Origin: Candidatus Dormibacteria bacterium
GTDB lineage: Bacteria; Chloroflexota; Dormibacteria; Aeolococcales; Aeolococcaceae
Assembly: GCA_050011555.1 (NCBI GenBank)
Contig: JBEKIT010000005.1
Span: 36,379-100,378 of the forward strand
DNA: 64,000 nucleotides
Direction: 5' to 3'
Part shown: one piece after another, positions 38,140 through 47,386 of the stretch
How the letters are laid out: each line of letters begins with the position of its first letter
Numbering within the stretch: position 1 is the first letter of the stretch
The notes under the pieces: model-generated
The model's input: only the letters and a program-made list of their open reading frames with translations
Databases searched by the model: none
Told to the model about the DNA's origin: nothing
Position numbers and translations under genes: made by a program

Positions 38140-38856
38140 ATGGACGAAATACCAACCTCCAGCGCGGCCACTCGGAGATCCGGCGAAGGCGGCCCGGTGA
38201 GCCCTCGGGTCGAGGTCCGGCGGCACTCGGAGCGCGCTCGCTACGATCGGGCGACGATCGACGCCATCCTCGACGAGGCGCTGATCTGCCACCTCGGGGT
38301 GGTCGTCGAGGGGGAGCCACTGGTGCTCCCGACCGGGTTCGGCCGTATCGGGGACACCCTGTACCTGCACGGCGCGGCGTCCAATCGCAGCCTGGCGGCA
38401 GCCCTGGAGGGAGCCTGCGTGACCGTCACCCACCTGGACGGCCTGGTCATGGCACGCTCCGCATCCGGCCACTCGATGAATTACCGGAGCGTCGTGGTGA
38501 GGGGGCGCGCCCGCGCGGTCACCGATCCGGTGGAGCGGCGGGCCGGGCTGCGCGCCGTGGTCGAGCACGCCATCCCGGGGCGGTGGGACGAGGTGCGCCA
38601 GCCGAGCCCCCGGGAGATGGAGGCCACCGCCGTCATCGCCCTCGACCTGGCCGAGTGCTCGGCGAAGGTCCGGAGTGGCCCTCCGCTCGACCCGGCCGCC
38701 GACCGCCCGCCGGGGGTCTGGGCGGGTGTGGTGCCGCTTCGGATGGTCGCCGGCGCTCCACTCCCCGACCCCGACCTGGGGGAGGGCATCGACGAGGCGC
38801 CGAGCGTGAGCCGGGTGCGGCGGCGATTTCCCACGCTCCCCGACGACGGCGTGTGA
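38140..38856 (+). CDS. Pyridoxamine 5'-phosphate oxidase-like (FMN-binding split-barrel) protein
   Basis: ATIDAILDEALICHLGVVVEGEPLVLPTGFGRIGDTLYLHGAASNRS... matches the PNPOx-like fold. It is divergent from the MocR regulator across an AT-rich intergenic region (GTATCATAACATATGG). Confidence 0.75.
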   Translation: MDEIPTSSAATRRSGEGGPVSPRVEVRRHSERARYDRATIDAILDEALICHLGVVVEGEPLVLPTGFGRIGDTLYLHGAASNRSLAAALEGACVTVTHLDGLVMARSASGHSMNYRSVVVRGRARAVTDPVERRAGLRAVVEHAIPGRWDEVRQPSPREMEATAVIALDLAECSAKVRSGPPLDPAADRPPGVWAGVVPLRMVAGAPLPDPDLGEGIDEAPSVSRVRRRFPTLPDDGV

Positions 38857-38860
38857 CCGG

Positions 38861-39814
38861 GTGACCCGCACCCGCCTCACCCCCCTCCTGATCGCCTGCT
38901 TCGCCGCCGTCTTCCTGATCTGGGGCTCCACCTACCTCGCCATCCGGTTCGCGATCGAGACGATCCCGCCTCTCGCCATGGCCGGGCTCCGCTTCCTCAC
39001 CGCCGGCGCCCTCCTCTTTCCGCTCGCCTACCTGACCGGCGATCGCGCCCACGACCGCCTGAGGGCGGTGCACTGGCGCTCGGCCCTGGTCATCGGGTCG
39101 CTGCTCCTCTTCGCGGGCAATGGGGTGATCACCCTCGCCGAGCAGCACGTCGCCTCGGGGCTGGTCGCCCTGCTGGTGGCCACCGTGCCCCTCTGGATGG
39201 CGGCCTTCGGCCATCTCGCCGGTGTCCAGCGGGTGGGCCGGGTGGGAGCGGTGGGCCTGGCCGCGGGGCTGCTGGGGGTCGGCCTGATGCTCCGCCCGGG
39301 CAGCGTCGGTGCGGGGTCCCCGGGCTGGATCGCCTTCACGCTGATCTCGCCGCTCACCTGGGCGCTGGGCTCGATGTACGCCCGGAGCGCCCCGATGCCC
39401 CGGCGTCCGCTGCTCGCGACCTCGATGGAGATGCTCTGCGGCGGCGCCGTCCTCTGCGTGACGGCCACCCTGCTGGGGGAGTGGGGGCAGTTCCATCCGG
39501 CGGCGATCTCGGCGGTCTCGGTGGCGGGATTCGTCTACCTGGTGGTCGCCGGCTCGATGGTCGGGTACACCGCCTACACCTACCTCAACGGCAAGGTCTC
39601 CCCCCAGGCGGCGTCGAGCTACGCCTACGTCAACCCGCTGGTGGCGGTGCTCCTGGGCTGGGCCTTCGTCGGCGAGACCATCACCCCCACCACCCTCCTG
39701 GCCGGGGGGCTCATCGTGGTCGCCGTCGTCGCCCTGCTCGCGGGCGACCGCCGTCCGTCGTGGCGCGCCGCCAGGGCGCCCTCTCCCGCCGCCACCGAGG
39801 CGGAGGTCGCCTGA
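38861..39814 (+). CDS. EamA/DMT-superfamily transporter
   Basis: 10 TM segments. GSTYLAIRFAIETIPPLAMAGLRF and a second EamA repeat (FTLISPLTWALGSMYAR). Confidence 0.85.
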   Translation: MTRTRLTPLLIACFAAVFLIWGSTYLAIRFAIETIPPLAMAGLRFLTAGALLFPLAYLTGDRAHDRLRAVHWRSALVIGSLLLFAGNGVITLAEQHVASGLVALLVATVPLWMAAFGHLAGVQRVGRVGAVGLAAGLLGVGLMLRPGSVGAGSPGWIAFTLISPLTWALGSMYARSAPMPRRPLLATSMEMLCGGAVLCVTATLLGEWGQFHPAAISAVSVAGFVYLVVAGSMVGYTAYTYLNGKVSPQAASSYAYVNPLVAVLLGWAFVGETITPTTLLAGGLIVVAVVALLAGDRRPSWRAARAPSPAATEAEVA

Positions 39815-39861
39815 TCCCAGCGGCCGGCTGAACGCGGCGATGCTGCCCGACCGGCGGTCAC

Positions 39862-40722
39862 GTGCCCGCGCGGCGGCCGGTCCGCAGACAGATCGCTGCA
39901 TCCCGGAAGGCCGCCCGAACTCCGCCGCCAGCGACAATGCCGGGGGTGACCTCCGAGCCGGCCCTCCCGGCCCACGACCCCGCCGCCGGCCCAGCGCTCG
40001 CGGGAGCGGCTCAGTCCGCGGGCGATTCGGCCCCTCTCCCTCCGCGCCGGCGGCTCATCGAGGGGCACTGGGGATGGCTGGACGTCCTGATCGTCGGGCC
40101 TCTGGTGGCCAGCTCGATCTACTACTACGCCGGCCTGCCCCTCGGCACCTGGCTGATCCTCCACAACCAGCCGGTGCGGGCGGCGCTGCTCCGAGGTTCC
40201 ACGGCGTCGATGATCCTGACCGGGGCCGCGGTCCGCACCTCGGGCCTGAGCATCTGGGTGGCGCTGCTCGCACCCCTCCCGATCACCATGTGCACCGACC
40301 CCTGCTTCTTCTACGGCGGCCGCCGCTACGGCCGCGCCCTGATCCAGTTCCTCGGACGCAGCGACCCGCGCTGGGACCGGCGGATGGCGAGGGGGGAGCG
40401 GATCTTTGCCCGCTGGGCCGGCTGGGCGGTGTTTCTCGCTCCGGTGATCTGGCTGCCCAACTCCGTCTTCTACTTCCTCGCGGGAGAGCCCCGCAAGATG
40501 CCGTTCTGGCAGTTCATCCTCCTGGACACGGCCGGCGAGCTGGCCTTCATCGCCGAGATCGAGGCCCTCGGCTACTTCATCGGCAAGCCGGCCGAGGACG
40601 TCGCCAAGTCCCTCTCCAACTACAGCATCCCCATCGTCATCGGGCTGGTGGTCCTGATGGTGGTGGTCTCCGCGGTGAGCGGGGTGCGGCGCGCCCGGAC
40701 CGGTTCGGGTCCCGCGAGGTGA
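39862..40722 (+). CDS. DedA/VTT-domain-like membrane protein
   Basis: Hydrophobic segments. FYGGRRYGRALIQFLGRSDPRWDRRMARGERIFARWAGWAVFLAPVIWLPNSVFYFLAGEPRKMPFWQF resembles the DedA core. The start could be the internal M at about 39937. Confidence 0.5.
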   Translation: MPARRPVRRQIAASRKAARTPPPATMPGVTSEPALPAHDPAAGPALAGAAQSAGDSAPLPPRRRLIEGHWGWLDVLIVGPLVASSIYYYAGLPLGTWLILHNQPVRAALLRGSTASMILTGAAVRTSGLSIWVALLAPLPITMCTDPCFFYGGRRYGRALIQFLGRSDPRWDRRMARGERIFARWAGWAVFLAPVIWLPNSVFYFLAGEPRKMPFWQFILLDTAGELAFIAEIEALGYFIGKPAEDVAKSLSNYSIPIVIGLVVLMVVVSAVSGVRRARTGSGPAR

Positions 40723-41405
40723 CGGGCCGCCCCGATTCGGCCACAATCACCACCGTGGCCGAGCTCCCGAGGCAGTTCGTCCTCGGCGTGGACCTCGACG
40801 GCGTCTGCGCCGACTACTACCCCTTCATGCGCCGGGTGGTCGCCGACTGGCTGGGGCGTGACATCGACTCGCTCCCCACCGACGTCGGCTGGGAGATGAC
40901 CGAATGGGGCATCGAGCCCGGGGAGTTCCACAAGGTCCACCGCTTCGCGGTGGTGCAGCGCAAGCTCTTCCTCGAGGTGGGCATGATCGTGGGCGCCGGG
41001 CCCGCCCTGCGCCGGCTGTCCAATCTGGGGATCCGGATCCGGATCATCACCCACCGCCTGGTCATCGAGCACTTTCATCAGATCGCGGTCGCACAGACGG
41101 TGGAATGGCTGGACCGCCACGGCATCCCCTACTGGGACCTCTGCTTCATGGGCGAGAAGGGCGCGGTCAACGCCGACCTCTACATCGAGGACTCCCCCTA
41201 CAACGTCGAGGCGCTGCTCCGCGATCATCGCAACGTCATCGTCTTCAGCCATGCCGCCAACACCCACATCGACGTCCCCGACGAGCAGCGCGCCCGCACC
41301 TGGGCGGAGGCGGAGCCGCTCATCGTGGCGCGCTACCACGCCTGGGAGCGGCGGGGTGGCGCCGAGGAGATGCGCCGCCGCGCATCAGATCGCGTCGCGG
41401 GGTGA
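40719..41405 (+). CDS. HAD-superfamily 5'(3')-deoxyribonucleotidase (NT5C family)
   Basis: The GTG overlaps the upstream TGA (GTGA). PRQFVLGVDLDGVCADYYPFMRRVVADWLGRD is the NT5C DxDGV motif I. Also ...RIITHR..., GIPYWDLCFMGEKGAVNADLYIEDSPYN. Confidence 0.75.
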   Translation: MTGRPDSATITTVAELPRQFVLGVDLDGVCADYYPFMRRVVADWLGRDIDSLPTDVGWEMTEWGIEPGEFHKVHRFAVVQRKLFLEVGMIVGAGPALRRLSNLGIRIRIITHRLVIEHFHQIAVAQTVEWLDRHGIPYWDLCFMGEKGAVNADLYIEDSPYNVEALLRDHRNVIVFSHAANTHIDVPDEQRARTWAEAEPLIVARYHAWERRGGAEEMRRRASDRVAG

Positions 41406-42400
41406 CCGCGGACAGCCTCGAGGTCGATGGCCACGACCTCGCGATCTCCAATCCCGACAAGGTCTTCTTCGCGGAGCGGGGAATCACCAAGCGACAGCTG
41501 GTCGAGTACTACCTGGCGGTGGCCGACGGCGCGCTGACCGGCTGCTTCGACCGTCCGTCGGTGCTCAAGCGCTACCCCAACGGGGCCGCCGGCCCCTTCT
41601 TCTTCCAGAAGCGCGCCCCGGTGGGTGACGCCCCGTACCTGCGCACCACCACGGTCCATTTCCCGAGCGGACGCAGCGCCAGCCTGCTGGTCATCGACTC
41701 GGCGGCGGCCCTGCTCTGGTCGGTGAACCTCGGCTGCATCGACATCAACCCCTGGCCGGTGCGCAGCGGCGACACCGACCACCCCGACGAGCTGCGCGTC
41801 GACCTCGACCCCCAGCCCGACGTCCCCTTCGCCGACATCCGCCGGGTCGCCCTGGTGGTGCGCGAGGTGCTGGAGGAGATGGGCCTGCGCGGGTACCCCA
41901 AGACCTCGGGCTCGCGGGGCATCCACATCAACGTGCGGATCGTTCCCGAGCACGGCTTCACCGCCGTCCGCCGCGCCGCGTTGGCCCTGGCCCGCGAGGT
42001 CGAGCGCCGAGCCCCCACCCTCGCCACCAGCAAATGGTGGAAGGAGGAACGTCACGGGGTGTTCATCGACTACAACCAGAACGCCCGGGACCGCACCGTG
42101 GCCAGCGCCTACTCGGTGCGCCCGGTCCCCGATGCGCGGGTCTCCTGCCCGCTGGAGTGGGACGAGGTGGCCGACGTCGAACCGGCCGACCTGACCGTGG
42201 AGACGGTGCCACGCCGATTGAGCCAGAGGGGTGACCCGGGTGCCGGCATCGACGCCGTCGCCCACCGGCTCGACTCCCTGCTGGAGCTGGCCGACCGCGA
42301 CGAGCGCGAGGGGCTCGGTGACGCCCCCTGGCCGCCGCACTTCCCCAAGGGCGACGACGAGCCGCGCCGGGTGGCACCGTCCCGCGCCCGGAAGGACTGA
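41402..42400 (+). CDS. Standalone LigD polymerase domain (NHEJ primase-polymerase, PolDom)
   Basis: The GTG overlaps the NT5C stop (GTGA). Hallmark AEP motifs: DGHDLAISNPDKVFF, VIDLDP-like LRVDLDPQPD, PKTSGSRGIHINVRI, FIDYNQNARDRTVASAYSVRP. About 332 aa. Confidence 0.85.
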   Translation: MTADSLEVDGHDLAISNPDKVFFAERGITKRQLVEYYLAVADGALTGCFDRPSVLKRYPNGAAGPFFFQKRAPVGDAPYLRTTTVHFPSGRSASLLVIDSAAALLWSVNLGCIDINPWPVRSGDTDHPDELRVDLDPQPDVPFADIRRVALVVREVLEEMGLRGYPKTSGSRGIHINVRIVPEHGFTAVRRAALALAREVERRAPTLATSKWWKEERHGVFIDYNQNARDRTVASAYSVRPVPDARVSCPLEWDEVADVEPADLTVETVPRRLSQRGDPGAGIDAVAHRLDSLLELADRDEREGLGDAPWPPHFPKGDDEPRRVAPSRARKD

Positions 42401-42464
42401 GCCCAGGAGACGCGGGACACGACCGGTGACCCGTGGCCGAGAGAGCGCCTGGCCCGCCGGGGGC

Positions 42465-43274
42465 TCACGCCACCGCCCGCATGCTCGAGCCGACCTGCTC
42501 CACAAGAACCTCCTCCCAGGTGCGGCGGCCCAGGACGGCGTGCTCGGGGGCCAGGTTGGCGCCGGCCCGGATCGCGCGTGCGGCCCCGCCCGGCATGTGC
42601 AGGGGGAGGAGCACGCGGTGGCGGCGGCTGGCCCGCAAGTAGCCGCGGAGCAGTTCGTCCATGGCGTACGTGCGCGGCCCGGCCATTTCGGGCACCAGGC
42701 CGGCCGGCTCGCCGAGGGCGAGCTCTGCGACCCGAGCCGCGACCTCCCCGGTGTCGACCGGCTGGAACCGGATCCCCGCCGGCACGGGTAGGACGGGCAG
42801 CTTCGACATCTGCCGGGCCACGGCCAGGAGGGCGTCGTGGAATTGGGTGGCGCGCAGCGTCGTCCAGGGCAGGCCAGAGCCCGAGATCTCGTGCTCGGCG
42901 GCCAGCTTGGCGGCGAAGTAGCCGAACATGGCACGGTCGACGCGGCTCCGGACCGGCACCCGGTCGGCGCCCACCACGGAGATGTTGACCAGGTGCGGCG
43001 TCCCCACCCCCAGCGCCGCCCGCACCAGGATCCTGGCCATTCCGTCATCGCCCTTGGCGCTGCCAGCGCAGTTCACCACGGTGGTGACGCCTGCGAGCGC
43101 GGGCTCGATCCCCTCGCCGGTGCGAAGGTCGCCCACCAGGTGCTCAATGCCATCTCCGTGGTCACCCGGGTGGCGGGTGACCACGCGCACCTCGCACCCG
43201 GCGTCGCGCAGCCGCGCGACCACGGGCCGCCCCAGCCTTCCGGTGCCGCCAATTACCAGAATCCTCGCTGTCAT
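42465..43274 (-). CDS. NmrA-like/atypical SDR NAD(P)-binding protein
   Basis: MTARILVIGGTGRLGRPVVARLRDAGCEVRVVTRHP is a Rossmann GxxGxxG. About 269 aa, no YxxxK motif; NmrA-like. Confidence 0.8.
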   Translation of the reverse strand: MTARILVIGGTGRLGRPVVARLRDAGCEVRVVTRHPGDHGDGIEHLVGDLRTGEGIEPALAGVTTVVNCAGSAKGDDGMARILVRAALGVGTPHLVNISVVGADRVPVRSRVDRAMFGYFAAKLAAEHEISGSGLPWTTLRATQFHDALLAVARQMSKLPVLPVPAGIRFQPVDTGEVAARVAELALGEPAGLVPEMAGPRTYAMDELLRGYLRASRRHRVLLPLHMPGGAARAIRAGANLAPEHAVLGRRTWEEVLVEQVGSSMRAVA

Positions 43275-43368
43275 GGCTCCTCCTGATCAGGGGGCTGATC
43301 CGCCCGTCAAATTGGCTCGATCTCGCGGGTCTACCCTTCAGACACGCCGGGAAGGAGCGATGTGACCG

Positions 43369-44253
43369 ATGGCTGACCAGGATTGGCTGGCGGATCGATT
43401 CGAGGAACAGCGGGCCCATCTGCGCTCGGTGGCATACCGGATGCTGGGGTCGCTCACCGAGGCCGACGATGCGGTCCAGGACGCCTGGCTGCGACTCAGC
43501 CGCAGCGGCGCCGGCGAGGTGGAGAACCTCCAGGCGTGGCTGACCACGGTCGTCGCCCGTGTCTGCCTCAATGCCCTGCGCTCCCGCAACGTGCGCCGCG
43601 AGGAGGCGCTCCCCGTGCACGTGCCGGATCCGGTCGTCGCCTCACCGGAGGAGCAGGCGATACTCGCCGACTCGGTCGGGCTCGCCCTGCTCGTCGTGCT
43701 CGACACGCTGACCCCTGCGGAGCGTCTCGCGTTCGTGCTCCACGACATGTTCCAGCTGCCCTTCGAGGCGATCGCCCCGATGGTGGGGCGCACGCCCGTG
43801 GCCACGAGGCAGCTCGCCAGCCGGGCGCGTCGGCGGATCACAGGCGCGGATGTGCCCGCTCCGGACACCGACCTCGCCCGCCAGCACAAGGTGGTCGATG
43901 CCTTCTTCCAGGCAGCCCGCGCGGGCGACTTCGACGCCCTGGTCGCGTTGCTCGACCCGGCGGTGGTGCTGCGGCTCGACGCCGGCGCGGCGCCCTCCTC
44001 CGCCTCCATGGTGCGCAGCGGCGCGGCGGTGGTGGCCCGGCAGGCGCTGCGAGGTCTGCGCTCCGCTCTCCCTGGCGCGGAGATCCGGCCCGCGGTCGTG
44101 AACGGCGCCGCCGGCGTGGTGGTCACCGTGGGCGGACGGCCGGTCACCGTGATGGGCTTCACCGTCGCCGGTGGCCGGATCGTCGAGATCGATGCCATCG
44201 CCGATCCGGAGCGCGTCGCGAGGCTTGCCACCACCGGCTTCGCCGGCGAGTAG
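43369..44253 (+). CDS. ECF sigma factor with fused C-terminal SnoaL-like extension (ECF41-like)
   Basis: Region 2 (RSVAYRMLGSLTEADDAVQDAWLRL) and region 4 (LDTLTPAERLAFVLHDMFQLPFEAIAPMVGRTPVATRQLASRAR), then about 110 aa of extension ending DPERVARL. It is divergent from the NmrA-like gene, a typical ECF41 neighbourhood. Confidence 0.8.
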   Translation: MADQDWLADRFEEQRAHLRSVAYRMLGSLTEADDAVQDAWLRLSRSGAGEVENLQAWLTTVVARVCLNALRSRNVRREEALPVHVPDPVVASPEEQAILADSVGLALLVVLDTLTPAERLAFVLHDMFQLPFEAIAPMVGRTPVATRQLASRARRRITGADVPAPDTDLARQHKVVDAFFQAARAGDFDALVALLDPAVVLRLDAGAAPSSASMVRSGAAVVARQALRGLRSALPGAEIRPAVVNGAAGVVVTVGGRPVTVMGFTVAGGRIVEIDAIADPERVARLATTGFAGE

Positions 44254-44296
44254 ACGCAGGAGGCTGCGACGTCCGCAGCCCGGCCAGCCCCCCGGG

Positions 44297-45325
44297 CTAT
44301 CCGCCGCCGTTCAGGATCGCCCCCAGGTCGAAGGGGTGGGGCGGCAGCAGCTGGTCATACCCGCACTCGCCGGCGGCCTTGTCGGGGCGCCAGCGCAGGA
44401 AGCGGGAGGCGTGGCGGAAGCGGTTGCCCTGGAGGTGGTCGAATGCGACCTCGCAGACCAGCTCGGGGCGCACGGCCACCCAGTCGGCGTCCCGTCCCCT
44501 CGTCCATCGCGACGGCCCGCCCGGCGTCCGCCCCGCGCCGAAGGAGGTGCCGCCCTCCAGGGGCCGCAGCCGGGCGAGCAGGTCGCGGCGCTCGGCGGCC
44601 GAGAACGAGGAGGTGTGGCCGACGTGGTGGAGGACCCCGTCGCCGTCGTACAGGCCGAGCAGGAGGGATGCCACCGCCTCGACCTTGAGGTCCTTCCGGT
44701 ACCCCCCGACCACGCAGTCGACGGTGCGGAGATGCTTGACCTTGATCCAGCCGCGATCGCCGCTCCGGTATGTCGAGTCGAGCGGCTTGGCGACCACCCC
44801 GTCGCAGCCGGCTCCCTCGAACCGTTCGAACCAGGTGGCCGCCTCCTCGGGATCGGTGGTCTGGGGGGTCAGCGCGACCCGGGGGTTGGGGATGAGCACC
44901 GCCCCGAGGCGGCGGGCCCGCTCCTGGAGGGGCTGATCGCGGAGATCCTCCTCCCCCACCGCCAGCAGGTCGAAGGCGATGAAGGTCGCCGGGCTGTCGG
45001 CGGCGAGCATCCGCACCCGGGACGCGGCGGGATGGAGGCGGAGCTGGAGGGCGTCGAAGTCGAGACCGCGCGGGCCGGCGATGACGATCTCGCCGTCGGC
45101 CACCGCCATCTCCGGGAGAGCGGCGCGCAGGGGGTCGAGCAGCTCCGGGAAGTAGCGCTGGAGAGGGAGGCTGTTGCGGCTCTCCAGGTGGATTGAATCG
45201 CCCTCGCGGAAGACGATGCAGCGGAAGCCGTCCCACTTCGGCTCGTACACGAGGCCGGGAGTTGCCGGGATCTCGACCTCGGAGCGGCAGAGCATGGGCT
45301 GGAGGGGAGGGTGGAGTGCGGGCAT
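44297..45325 (-). CDS. ATP-dependent DNA ligase (LigC/LigD ligase-domain type)
   Basis: From ATG at about 45325: adenylation motif I EPKWDGFR; motif III ATFIAFDLL; motif IV DGVVAKP; motif V WIKVKH. OB domain at the C-terminus. The 58-codon N-terminal extension of the track ORF was rejected. Confidence 0.85.
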   Translation of the reverse strand: MPALHPPLQPMLCRSEVEIPATPGLVYEPKWDGFRCIVFREGDSIHLESRNSLPLQRYFPELLDPLRAALPEMAVADGEIVIAGPRGLDFDALQLRLHPAASRVRMLAADSPATFIAFDLLAVGEEDLRDQPLQERARRLGAVLIPNPRVALTPQTTDPEEAATWFERFEGAGCDGVVAKPLDSTYRSGDRGWIKVKHLRTVDCVVGGYRKDLKVEAVASLLLGLYDGDGVLHHVGHTSSFSAAERRDLLARLRPLEGGTSFGAGRTPGGPSRWTRGRDADWVAVRPELVCEVAFDHLQGNRFRHASRFLRWRPDKAAGECGYDQLLPPHPFDLGAILNGGG

Positions 45326-45383
45326 CGGGCCGATCGTACGGCAGGGGTGGCGCGATGCCCAGCGGCCGGGTGACCGGCGCGGG

Positions 45384-46328
45384 TCAGCAGCGGTCGACCG
45401 CCTCCCGGGTTCCCCCCGCCGCGGCGGGAAGGAGACCGGCCACCAGACGGCGGAGGGAGCAGGCGGTGTCGCTGAGCGCCGGCAGGCGGGTTGCGCCAAC
45501 GCTCACGTACACGGTGGACCCGCAGGCCCATTCCGACACCATGTAGCTGGGGCGGGAGCTGAAGGACGGCGGCTCGAAGGTGATCGTGAAGAGGAGGGAG
45601 TCCTCGGCGCAGAACGACTCCGGCGCGACGGGGAGACCGTTGACAGCGGCGGCCAGCCGGGCGCTGTCCGCCTCGCCGAGCTCCACGTTCACCGGACCGC
45701 TGGAGGGGTTCATGTCAGAGAGGGTCGTGTAGCCGGTCAGCTGCGCGATCGCCTGGGGAGGGATCATCTCGGTCCCCGACCGGTCGGGCACCCATACGAC
45801 CTCAGCGTCGATGCGGAGCACGTAGCCGCCGCCAGGGGCATCGGTGCTCTCGTAGATGAGCTGGGCCCAGTGCTCGTTGGGTCCCGAGGTGGGAAGGGAG
45901 ACGGCGAACCCGCTCGTCATGCCCTGAGGCCCATTTCCGCTGTTGCCCCCCGCATAGCTGCTGCCGGCAGGCAGGCGGGCGAGCACATAGCGGTCGAGGG
46001 AGCCGCTCCCATCCGGCGCGGCGGGTTCCCCCACCAGGTAGAGCTGGTGCAGGTCGATGAGGCCGCTGATGGCGACGGTCTGGACCGAGTTGAGGTCCGC
46101 CGGAGGCTGAGCCGTCCAGGCCTGCTCACCGGGAGGGATGGGGGCCGAGTCCAGCACCTGGATGGCGTACTGGTCTGCGGACGCCGGCGGGGCGGCCGCG
46201 GGTGTCGTGCGGGCGAACCCGGTCGCAGTGGTGGGCGCACCGGCGGTGGTCAGCACGGCGGGGAGGAAGGCGAGCGCCATGACCACGGCGACGCACGCGG
46301 TGACGATCCTGCGCCCCTGCACGTCCAT
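45384..46328 (-). CDS. Secreted hypothetical protein
   Basis: Signal peptide MDVQGRRIVTACVAVVMALAFLPAVLTTAGA. 314 aa, Ser/Pro/Gly-rich, no recognisable family. Confidence 0.5.
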   Translation of the reverse strand: MDVQGRRIVTACVAVVMALAFLPAVLTTAGAPTTATGFARTTPAAAPPASADQYAIQVLDSAPIPPGEQAWTAQPPADLNSVQTVAISGLIDLHQLYLVGEPAAPDGSGSLDRYVLARLPAGSSYAGGNSGNGPQGMTSGFAVSLPTSGPNEHWAQLIYESTDAPGGGYVLRIDAEVVWVPDRSGTEMIPPQAIAQLTGYTTLSDMNPSSGPVNVELGEADSARLAAAVNGLPVAPESFCAEDSLLFTITFEPPSFSSRPSYMVSEWACGSTVYVSVGATRLPALSDTACSLRRLVAGLLPAAAGGTREAVDRC

Positions 46329-46457
46329 TCAACGCGCAAGCATGGCAGCGAGTTCCCCGGGACGCCGGGTGGCGGCAGGTTCCCCGGATTGCCTGCTGGC
46401 ATCAGGTTCCCCGGCTTGCCGCCGGAGCCTCGACCGTGGGGGGCCTCCGGGCTGGGC

Positions 46458-46880
46458 TCAGCCGGTGAACGCTCCCCCGCCGGCCGGCGTCCGCAGCCGG
46501 ATCAGGTTGACGACCTCGGCACCGCCTCGGACGCGCTCGATCACCTCGCTGGCGCGGCGGATCTGCTCCAGCGAGCCCACCTCGCCGCGCACGGTGAGGG
46601 TGCCGTCATCGCCGGCGATCACCCGGAGCCCGAACCCGTCCGCGCCCAGCTCGTCGAGCAGGGCGTCGGCGATCTCTGCCCGGAGCTCGGCGGCCCCAGC
46701 TCTGCCCCGTCGGCGGCGGGTGCCGACCAGGGAGGTGACGTTCGAACCCTCGCGGACGAGCCGCTCCCCGCCGCGTCGGACCGCCTCCCGGCGGTCCGCC
46801 CCCTTGCGCGGGTGCAGGAAGAAGGCGGCGCCCGCGGCGGCGATCGCTCCGAGGCCGACGATGCGTGCGCGCTTCTTCAT
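46458..46880 (-). CDS. BON-domain protein (OsmY-like)
   Basis: From MKKRARIVGLGAIAAAGAAFF (TM/signal). The BON core is VIAGDDGTLTVRGEVGSLEQIRRASEVIERVRGGAEVVNLIRL. Confidence 0.65.
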   Translation of the reverse strand: MKKRARIVGLGAIAAAGAAFFLHPRKGADRREAVRRGGERLVREGSNVTSLVGTRRRRGRAGAAELRAEIADALLDELGADGFGLRVIAGDDGTLTVRGEVGSLEQIRRASEVIERVRGGAEVVNLIRLRTPAGGGAFTG

Positions 46881-46884
46881 CCGC

Positions 46885-47310
46885 TCAATGGAGGTCGATG
46901 GCTGGGCCGGTGACGGCGAACGGGAGGTGGCCGGCGGCGCCGAACAGGGCAAAGAGGGCGAGCGCCGCGCCGAGCAGGGTCACGTTGCGGAGAAAGCTGC
47001 CCTGCTGGATGCGCCGGGTCGCCGGGTCCGCGAAGTTCCAGAAGGGGTGGAAGAGCAGCGCGGCGGGCGCCAGGAAGGCGGCGATCATGAGCGCTCCCAG
47101 GTCCGCCCAGATGCCGGCGACGATCGAGACCGCCGCCAGGAGCAGGTAGATCCCGGTGGGGACACCGGCCAGGAAGGCGATCGGCAGCTTGCCGTGGGCG
47201 ATCCCCACGTACTGGGGATGACGCCGCATGTGACCCCACGCCGAGAAGGCGAAGAGGGAGCTGAAGAGCAGCCGTCCGACCAGCAGGAAGATCCCGCCCA
47301 GCGTGTCCAT
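46885..47310 (-). CDS. DoxX-family membrane protein
   Basis: From ATG at about 47310: MDTLGGIFLLVGRLLFSSLFAFSAWGHM...IAFLAGVPTGIYLLLAAVSIVAGIW...IAAFLAPAALLFHPFW. About 141 aa, 4 TM helices. Confidence 0.7.
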   Translation of the reverse strand: MDTLGGIFLLVGRLLFSSLFAFSAWGHMRRHPQYVGIAHGKLPIAFLAGVPTGIYLLLAAVSIVAGIWADLGALMIAAFLAPAALLFHPFWNFADPATRRIQQGSFLRNVTLLGAALALFALFGAAGHLPFAVTGPAIDLH

Positions 47311-47386
47311 GCCCCGATTGTCCCTCTCGGGGGTCGCAGCATGCCGCGCTCGCGAGATGGGAGCCGCGCCGCGCGGCTCCCCCGGG

